Assembly: GCA_041663725.1 (NCBI GenBank)
Contig: JBAYME010000001.1
Coordinates: 1 to 38,928 of the forward strand
Length of the DNA stretch: 38,928 nucleotides
Source of the DNA: Minisyncoccota bacterium
GTDB lineage: Bacteria; Patescibacteriota; Minisyncoccia; Phycocordibacterales; UBA9973
Direction: 5' to 3'
Below are positions 33,146 to 38,928 of the stretch, piece by piece. The position numbers and the translations under genes are program-made. Under the pieces are notes generated by a model. That model had not been told where the DNA came from and did not search any database. It was given only the letters and a program-made list of their open reading frames with translations. Numbering within the stretch: position 1 is the first letter of the stretch; each line of letters opens with the position of its first letter.

Positions 33146-33146
33146 T
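33138..33146 (+). promoter_or_regulatory. Perfect extended -10 TGcTATAAT overlapping the map stop codon, 6 nt upstream of ATG 33153
   Basis: Read directly from the sequence. Implies a leaderless transcript for the ATPase gene. Confidence 0.5.
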
Positions 33147-33152
33147 ATAAAT

Positions 33153-35918
33153 ATGTTTGGAAAAAATTCATTTTTTAAGGAAATGCCAAAATTTAAGAAT
33201 CCTGAAGAGGAACTTAATTATTTGCGTGCACATGTTGCAAAAAAAGAACAAGAACTTATTACTAAGGGTCATTTTGAAAATACCAATGAAGAAGCCGCTC
33301 AAGATGTAATTGCTAAATATAAAGAGGTTCCAGTTAAGGATGTAGTTCACCCAGATTCTATATTAGATAAAAAAGAAACAGAAGGTATTGTTTTAAAATT
33401 AAAACCTGAAGCCCATGACAGGGTGATGGAAGAACTTTTGGGTATTGTTATGACTGAAGGAATAAGGAATGCTTTGTCTGTCGTTGAGACGATGAACAAT
33501 CCTCATGTGGATGATGATTTTTGTCGTTTATTAATTCAATATTTAAAAACTGGTGAAATTATTCCTAATATAAAAGAGGGTAGTCCTCTTTATAAATCCT
33601 TAAATATAACTTTATTTGAAATTACATTACCACCACCACAAGATGAAGGTGAAAAACAAAAAGGATTTAAGGAATTTATTAGTGCGATGGAGCAATTTTA
33701 TGCCGGTATGCAATCTATTTCAGAGGATAAAAATAATGAAAAAGAAAATTATTTTACACTAGAGATTGCTTTGGGCAGTGAAAATGATGAGGTTGTGATT
33801 TACGCAGCTATACCAAATAAACATATTTCTCTTTTTGAAAAACAAGTTTTAGCTTTTTATCATGATGCTAAAATAAAAGAAGTGCCCGATGATTATAATA
33901 TTTTTAATGAAAAGGGTGGTTCAGCTGGAGCTTATGCAAATTTTTCTGAAAAAGCAGTTTTACCTATTAAAACATATGACAATATTGAGCATGACCCGAT
34001 GAATATGATTTTGAATGTTTTTTCTAAGTTGAAAACGGAAGGTGAGGGTGCTGCTATCCAAATTATGGTAGCTCCAGCCGGTAGTAAATATACTGATCAA
34101 TTTCATCTTATACTAGATGATGTAAAAGATGGATATTCAGTGAAATATGCTGCAGATAATTTTTATAAGTTTAATAAGGCATTTTTAAAAGCTTCTAAAG
34201 AATTATTTTTTGGTAAAAAAGAAGAAAAAGAAAAAAAAGAAAAATACATGAAGGGGCGCAAAGCCGTTGATCAAGGTGCTGCAGAAAAAATTACCAATAA
34301 ATTAAAGAGCACCATCATGAAGGCCAATATCAGGGTGGTTGCTTCAGCTGAAAATAAAGAAAGAGCTGAATCTATTATTCAGGAAATCGAGTCTTCTTTT
34401 AATCAATTTAGTGAAGCAGCTAGTAATTCAATTGTTTTTGAAAAAATTTCTGGAAGTAATTTAAAAAAGTTTTTTCATGATTATTCTTATAGAATTTTTT
34501 CTGATGATAAAATTTTACCAATGAATTTAAAAGAGCTGTCTTCTATTTTTCATTTTCCTGTTGGCATATCTGGTCAAGGACAATTAAAAGAAGCCAAGTC
34601 TGGTATTGCCCCAGTGCCAATTGAAATGGGCAAAGAAGGTATATTATTGGGAATAAATAATTATAGAGGAAGAGAAACTGAAATTCATATGGCTCGAGAA
34701 GATCGAATGCGACATATGTATGTTATTGGGCAGACTGGAACAGGTAAGACTAATATTATGCTAAATATGATCACACAAGATATAAAAAATGGTGATGGTT
34801 GTTGTTATATTGATCCACACGGTACCGATATTCAAACAATTCTTTCTAGAATTCCAAAAGAGCGTATAGATGATGTTATTTATTTTGATCCAGCCTATAC
34901 TGCACGACCAATGGGCTTAAACATGCTCGAATTTGATCCAAAATATCCAGAACAGAAAACATTTGTAGTAAATGAACTTATGGGTATTTTTAATAAACTT
35001 TTTGATATGAAGGTTGGTGGAGGAGCAATGTTTGAACAATATTTTAAGAATAGTGCCTTTTTGGTAATGGAAGATCCAGAGTCAGGTGGTACCTTACTTG
35101 AAATATCGCGTGTTTTATCTGATAAGGAATTTCGTGATATGAAATTATCTAAATGTAAAAATCCAATTATTAAGCAATTTTGGGCTGCGGCAGAACAAAC
35201 CACCGGTGATCAAGGTCTTGCCAATTTTGTTCCTTATATTACTTCTAAATTTGATAATTTTATATCCAACGATATTATGCGTCCAGTAGTTTTACAGGAA
35301 AAATCAGTTTTTAATTTTAGAAAAATGATGGATGAGAAAAAAATTCTCTTAGTGAATCTTTCAAAGGGACGTTTAGGTGATATTAATGCTAACCTTATTG
35401 GTTTAGTTCTTGTGGGTAAAATTCAAATGGCAGCTCTTTCTCGTGTAGATATGTTTGGACAAAAAATGAATGATTTTTATCTTTATATCGATGAGTTTCA
35501 AAATGTAACAACAGATTCTATCGCTTCTATTTTATCTGAAGCTAGAAAATATCGTTTATCCTTAAATGTTGCTCACCAGTATATTTCTCAACTAGAAGAG
35601 GGGATAAAAAATGCTGTTTTTGGTAATGTCGGTTCAATGGCCGTTTTTCGAGTAAGTTCAGAGGATGCAACATTTTTAGAAAAACGTTTTTTACCAACAT
35701 TTAAGGCTACAGATATTATGAAATTAGATAATTATAATGCTTATATGAGTATGTTGGTAAATGGTCAACCAACAAAGCCATTTAATATGCACACCATTGC
35801 TCCAGAAAAAGGAAATCCTGAGATGGTGGAGAGCTTAAAGGAACTTTCATATCTTAAATATGGACGAGACCGTGATGAAGTTGAGGCTGAAATTATGGCT
35901 AAATATGAGAGACAATAA
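33153..35918 (+). CDS. TraD/TraG/VirD4-like coupling-protein ATPase without TM anchor, fused to a ~500-aa N-terminal region of unknown function
   Basis: 921 aa. Walker A GQTGTGKT (34728-34751), CCYIDPHG, Walker B LYIDEFQN (35481-35504), ARKYRLSLNVAHQYISQL (TraG-D C-terminal type). Confidence 0.7.
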   Translation: MFGKNSFFKEMPKFKNPEEELNYLRAHVAKKEQELITKGHFENTNEEAAQDVIAKYKEVPVKDVVHPDSILDKKETEGIVLKLKPEAHDRVMEELLGIVMTEGIRNALSVVETMNNPHVDDDFCRLLIQYLKTGEIIPNIKEGSPLYKSLNITLFEITLPPPQDEGEKQKGFKEFISAMEQFYAGMQSISEDKNNEKENYFTLEIALGSENDEVVIYAAIPNKHISLFEKQVLAFYHDAKIKEVPDDYNIFNEKGGSAGAYANFSEKAVLPIKTYDNIEHDPMNMILNVFSKLKTEGEGAAIQIMVAPAGSKYTDQFHLILDDVKDGYSVKYAADNFYKFNKAFLKASKELFFGKKEEKEKKEKYMKGRKAVDQGAAEKITNKLKSTIMKANIRVVASAENKERAESIIQEIESSFNQFSEAASNSIVFEKISGSNLKKFFHDYSYRIFSDDKILPMNLKELSSIFHFPVGISGQGQLKEAKSGIAPVPIEMGKEGILLGINNYRGRETEIHMAREDRMRHMYVIGQTGTGKTNIMLNMITQDIKNGDGCCYIDPHGTDIQTILSRIPKERIDDVIYFDPAYTARPMGLNMLEFDPKYPEQKTFVVNELMGIFNKLFDMKVGGGAMFEQYFKNSAFLVMEDPESGGTLLEISRVLSDKEFRDMKLSKCKNPIIKQFWAAAEQTTGDQGLANFVPYITSKFDNFISNDIMRPVVLQEKSVFNFRKMMDEKKILLVNLSKGRLGDINANLIGLVLVGKIQMAALSRVDMFGQKMNDFYLYIDEFQNVTTDSIASILSEARKYRLSLNVAHQYISQLEEGIKNAVFGNVGSMAVFRVSSEDATFLEKRFLPTFKATDIMKLDNYNAYMSMLVNGQPTKPFNMHTIAPEKGNPEMVESLKELSYLKYGRDRDEVEAEIMAKYERQ

Positions 35919-35983
35919 TAATTTTGAATTTTAGTAAAAATCTGTTAGGATTTGTATATTATTATTTTAATTTAAATAAATTT

Positions 35984-36460
35984 ATGAGCAAACTAAATTA
36001 CGAGAAATCTTTGATTATAATAAAACCAGACGCAGTACAGAGAAATTTAATAGGAGAAATTATTACTCGTTTTGAAAAAAAAGGTTTAAAAATTATTGGC
36101 TTAAAGATGATGAATGTAGGGGATGCATTACTCGAGGAACATTATGCACACATAAAAGATAAGCCTTTTTTTGGTGGTATAAGAAATTTTATGAAAGCGT
36201 GTCCAGTTATAGTTATGGCTATTGAGGGGATAAATACAGTTTCATCCGTTAGATTGTTGGTTGGTCCAACTAAAGCATGGGAAGCTAACGCTGGAACAAT
36301 ACGAGGTGATTTTTCTCTTTCTACTCAATCAAACATAGTACATGCTTCAGACAGTATAGAAAACGGAGAGATTGAGGTAAGAAGATTTTTCCTAGAAGAA
36401 GAACTTTTTGAGTATCAAAAAATTGACACAGATTTTATTTACGCAGAACATAAGGAATAA
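35984..36460 (+). CDS. ndk: Nucleoside diphosphate kinase
   Basis: Start at ATG 35984 (MSKLNYEKSLIIIKPDAV). YAHIKDKPFF, GTIRGDF, NIVHASDS (catalytic His). Confidence 0.93.
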   Translation: MSKLNYEKSLIIIKPDAVQRNLIGEIITRFEKKGLKIIGLKMMNVGDALLEEHYAHIKDKPFFGGIRNFMKACPVIVMAIEGINTVSSVRLLVGPTKAWEANAGTIRGDFSLSTQSNIVHASDSIENGEIEVRRFFLEEELFEYQKIDTDFIYAEHKE

Positions 36461-36472
36461 TTTTTATTTTTT

Positions 36473-36497
36473 AAAACTCGCCAAGGCGGGTTTTTTT
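36473..36497 (+). terminator. Intrinsic terminator after ndk
   Basis: AAAACTCGC-CAAG-GCGGGTTTT plus T-run. Confidence 0.7.
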
Positions 36498-36552
36498 GGT
36501 TAAAACTTTTTACTTGTTTTTATAAAAATTTTGTGGTTTTTTGAAAAAAAAG

Positions 36553-36580
36553 TTGCAAATTTTCTTGTATAAGTTAAACT
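36553..36580 (+). promoter_or_regulatory. Candidate promoter TTGCAA-N16-TAAACT for the sRNA candidate
   Basis: -35 at 36553-36558, -10 at 36575-36580. Confidence 0.4.
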
Positions 36581-36585
36581 TTAAG

Positions 36586-36743
36586 TAGGGTTATTTCTGA
36601 TTATTACCTAGAACAATATTTTTTGGGAATCTCGATCGTATTTGGCTTTGGCCTCCTATGTCTGATACCCACTTAGCTTTAAGCTACGGTAATAAAGATG
36701 AAATAGTCCTAAGAAAGATTCTCCGCCGCGGCGGAGATTTTTT
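36586..36743 (+). ncRNA. Unassigned small RNA candidate with its own promoter and strong terminator
   Basis: 12-bp closing helix (36586-36597 with 36700-36711), 8-bp helix TTATTACC/GGTAATAA (36601-36608 with 36688-36695), and inner arms TGGGAATC/GATACCCA and TAGC/GCTA. Followed by terminator TCTCCG-CCGCGG-CGGAGA+T6 at 36720-36743. Confidence 0.45.
36720..36743 (+). terminator. GC-rich intrinsic terminator
   Basis: TCTCCGCCGCGGCGGAGA followed by TTTTTT. Confidence 0.8.
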
Positions 36744-36753
36744 CTTTTAAAAA

Positions 36754-36762
36754 TGATATTAT
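36754..36762 (+). promoter_or_regulatory. Extended -10 TGaTATTAT, 7 nt upstream of ATG 36770
   Basis: Read directly from the sequence. Confidence 0.45.
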
Positions 36763-36769
36763 TATATAA

Positions 36770-37165
36770 ATGACTAATTTAATTGATAGAAAAATTTTTT
36801 CAATACGAATAGGCTCATTGGTTTTCTTTATTTTTTTAGTAAACTGTATTGCATTGAGATTTCATTGGTATTCTTCTATTTGGTGGTTTGATATGCTCAT
36901 GCATTTTATGGGTGGATTTTGGCTTGGTCTAGTCTTTATCTTATTGTTTTGGAATAAAATATTTGATTTCAATTTAATTTTAAAGATTATATTAGGCGTA
37001 TTATTTATTGGTTTAGGTTGGGAGTTTTTTGAAATTACAGTAAACCATTTTACAATTAAAGAATATTTTAATGTTCTAGATACAATATCAGATATTTGTT
37101 TTGATATAGCTGGAGGGATATTTGCTATTTTATATTTTTTTAAAAATTATATTAATAAAATATAA
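36770..37165 (+). CDS. Small 4-TM membrane protein, weakly VanZ-like
   Basis: 131 aa. FDMLMHFMGG, GWEFFE and DTISDICFDIAGG have spacing reminiscent of VanZ-family proteins. The assignment is weak. Confidence 0.4.
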   Translation: MTNLIDRKIFSIRIGSLVFFIFLVNCIALRFHWYSSIWWFDMLMHFMGGFWLGLVFILLFWNKIFDFNLILKIILGVLFIGLGWEFFEITVNHFTIKEYFNVLDTISDICFDIAGGIFAILYFFKNYINKI

Positions 37166-37191
37166 TAAAAATTATTTTAATATATATATTT

Positions 37192-37220
37192 TTGCAAAAA
37201 AACTCACTACCGGGTATAAT
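37192..37220 (+). promoter_or_regulatory. Promoter TTGCAA-N17-TATAAT with spacer CTCACTACCGGG; -10 lies 6 nt from ATG 37227
   Basis: Shares 20 identical nt with the promoter at 278-306. Confidence 0.6.
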
Positions 37221-37226
37221 TAATTT

Positions 37227-38591
37227 ATGGAAAATATAGCTAAAATAACATTTTGTGGAGGTACTGGTTCAGTTACTGGTGCCAATTTCTTATTAGAGGT
37301 TGATGGTAAAAAAATTTTAGTAGACTGTGGGCTTAATCAGGGAACTAAATTAGCTGAAGATATAAACTGGGACCCCTTTCCTTATGACCCAAAATCTATA
37401 GATATACTTTTTATAACTCATGCCCATATTGATCATATTGGGCGAATCCCTAAGCTTATTAATGATGGTTTTGTTGGAAAAATTTATTCAACTGAGCCAA
37501 CAAGAGCAATGATTCCTATTATGTTAGAAGATACTGCTGGTATTTTATCAAAAAACAAAAATTTTGATCTAGATGAAATTTACTCTGAAGAAAATATCAA
37601 AAAATCTTTATCCTTGTGGGAAGGATTTAAGTATCATGTAAAAATACAAATTACTCCCAACCTAGAAGTATCTTTTCGTGACGCAGGGCATATTTTAGGT
37701 TCAGCGATGGTTGAATTTATTTACAATAAAAAGAAAATTTTATTTACTGGTGATTTGGGTAATTCTCCATCAATGCTTTTACCAGACACAGAAATAATTA
37801 ATGATGCAGACTATGTAATAATGGAAAGTGTTTATGGAGATAGAAATCATGAGTCCAGAAATGACCGTAGGAAATTATTAGAACAAACACTTGAAGATAA
37901 TTATAAGGCAAAAGGAACTTTAATAATTCCTACCTTTTCACTGGAACGTTCCCAAGAGCTTTTGTTTGAGTTAAATTATTTAGTTGAAGGAAATCGGATA
38001 CCAATAATGCCTATTTTTTTTGATTCACCACTGGCTATTCGCTTGACTGATGTTTTTAAGCAATATAAAGATTATTTCAATCAGGATGCTCAAAAGGTTA
38101 TGTCCATTGATAAACATTTATTTAACTTTCCAGGTCTTCATTCAACATTAAAGTCCGAAGAATCAAGAAAAATTAATGATACGCCAAATCCCAAAGTTAT
38201 AATTGCTGGTTCTGGTATGTCTTCAGGTGGCAGGGTGGTACACCATGAAGCTCACTATTTACCAGACCCAAATAATACATTATTACTTGCTGGTTATCAG
38301 GCAGTTGGCACACCTGGACGTTTAATTCAAGAAGGAGTAAAAACTGTTAGGATTTCAAGGCAAGATGTTTCTGTGAGATCTAAGATAGTCACTATTTATG
38401 GTTATTCAGGTCACAAGGATTCAGATGGATTGCTTGGTTTTGTAGAAAACATGCAAGATGTAGTTAAAAAAGTTTTTGTGGTTATGGGTGAGCCCAAGGC
38501 TTCAATGTTTTTGGTACAAAAAATTAGAGACAATTTAGGTATTGATGCTAGTGCACCAGACCGTGGAGATATAGTTTCACTTATTTGTTAA
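37227..38591 (+). CDS. Metallo-beta-lactamase / beta-CASP family ribonuclease (RNase J/CPSF-like)
   Basis: 454 aa. HAHIDHIG motif 2, DAGHILGS, ESVYGDR, and a C-terminal beta-CASP region with GYSGHKD. Confidence 0.85.
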   Translation: MENIAKITFCGGTGSVTGANFLLEVDGKKILVDCGLNQGTKLAEDINWDPFPYDPKSIDILFITHAHIDHIGRIPKLINDGFVGKIYSTEPTRAMIPIMLEDTAGILSKNKNFDLDEIYSEENIKKSLSLWEGFKYHVKIQITPNLEVSFRDAGHILGSAMVEFIYNKKKILFTGDLGNSPSMLLPDTEIINDADYVIMESVYGDRNHESRNDRRKLLEQTLEDNYKAKGTLIIPTFSLERSQELLFELNYLVEGNRIPIMPIFFDSPLAIRLTDVFKQYKDYFNQDAQKVMSIDKHLFNFPGLHSTLKSEESRKINDTPNPKVIIAGSGMSSGGRVVHHEAHYLPDPNNTLLLAGYQAVGTPGRLIQEGVKTVRISRQDVSVRSKIVTIYGYSGHKDSDGLLGFVENMQDVVKKVFVVMGEPKASMFLVQKIRDNLGIDASAPDRGDIVSLIC

Positions 38592-38641
38592 TCTCGAGGC
38601 TATTATGTCGGGACCCCGACTTTACGTCGGGATAATAAATT

Positions 38642-38670
38642 TTGCAAAAAATTTTTATAGAGGGTATAAT
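38642..38670 (+). promoter_or_regulatory. Promoter TTGCAA-N17-TATAAT (GGG before -10); -10 lies 6 nt from ATG 38677
   Basis: Same TTTGCAAAAA...GGGTATAAT architecture as 37192-37220. Confidence 0.55.
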
Positions 38671-38676
38671 CATAAT

Positions 38677-38928
38677 ATGGATGCACTTTCATTAAATCCT
38701 TATAATAAACATGGACATCAGCAGATTAAGATCTGTGTTTCTGGGGCTGCTGAGACAGGCCACTGTGGAGTTGGCGCATTAGATCTAGCCAAAGAACTTG
38801 GAAGAGAAATAGCTAGACAGGGTGGAGTTATCGTGACTGGTGCTACTACTGGTTTCCCTATGTGGGCAGCCATGGGAGCAAAAGAGGTAGGTGGTACGTC
38901 TATCGGTTTTTCTCCTGCATTGAATGAA
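38677..38928 (+). CDS. SLOG/LOG-like Rossmann protein (TIGR00725-like), 5' partial running off the window
   Basis: My own translation gives MDALSLNPYNKHGHQQIKICVSGAAETGHCG..LAKELGREIARQGGVIVTGATTGFPMWAAMGAKEVGGTSIGFSP. 84 codons with no stop before the window ends. Confidence 0.6.
   Translation, partial: MDALSLNPYNKHGHQQIKICVSGAAETGHCGVGALDLAKELGREIARQGGVIVTGATTGFPMWAAMGAKEVGGTSIGFSPALNE

Noticed and set aside
36586-36769. Riboswitch controlling the downstream membrane-protein gene (aptamer plus terminator layout)
   Set aside because: No match to the consensus cores I can recall (TPP, fluoride, purine, guanidine I-III, Mn, ZTP). The downstream gene also has its own extended -10 just 7 nt from its ATG, after the terminator. 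It is kept as an independent sRNA candidate, with the riboswitch possibility noted.
1-38928. Alternative genetic code (UGA recoding, as in some CPR lineages)
   Set aside because: All conserved genes (EF-G, EF-Tu, SecY, about 28 r-proteins) give full-length uninterrupted products with the standard bacterial code. None is truncated at an in-frame TGA.

Overview
AT-rich (about one-third G+C by eye), standard-code bacterial segment built around the translation supercluster. The backbone runs secE-nusG-rplK, then rpsL-rpsG-fusA-(orphan histidine kinase)-tuf. It continues rpsJ-rplC-rplD-rplW-rplB-(dgkA-like)-rpsS-rplV-rpsC-rplP-rpmC-rpsQ-rplN-rplX-rplE-rpsN-rpsH-rplF-rplR-rpsE-rplO-secY. It ends (cmk-like, opposite strand)-adk-pyrH-like-(Cys-rich Zn-ribbon protein)-map-(TraD/VirD4-like ATPase)-ndk. 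Several traits suggest a reduced Candidate Phyla Radiation (Parcubacteria-like) genome; this is inference. They are: no rpmD, no rplA/rplJ/rplL/rpoBC after rplK, a short L15, Lys-rich r-protein extensions, archaeal-type CMP/UMP kinases, a GW-repeat surface protein and no Shine-Dalgarno motifs. Most interesting coding content: (1) A MazG-like / DHFR + ThyA-family / dCMP-deaminase cluster. Its ThyA homolog carries Asp at the position of the uracil-reading Asn (E. coli Asn177) and an RSND box as in dCMP hydroxymethylase, so it is predicted to work on dCMP. (2) A 929-aa tail-fibre-like surface protein with a C-terminal self-cleaving chaperone (S74-like) domain, followed by a GW-repeat membrane protein containing a perfect 60-bp tandem duplication. 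(3) An internally duplicated Cys-rich zinc-ribbon protein and a TM-less TraD/VirD4-like ATPase inserted around map. Most interesting non-coding content: extended -10 promoters placed 6-7 nt from ATG (leaderless mRNAs); 7-nt-periodic stop-codon cassettes and 14-nt TTATCAATTACGAA boxes in r-protein spacers; twin GC hairpins with a compensatory change embedded in frame at the 3' ends of rpsC and rpsQ; REP-like and identical terminator hairpins; and three unassigned structured-RNA candidates. No tRNA, rRNA, CRISPR array or transposase was recognised.
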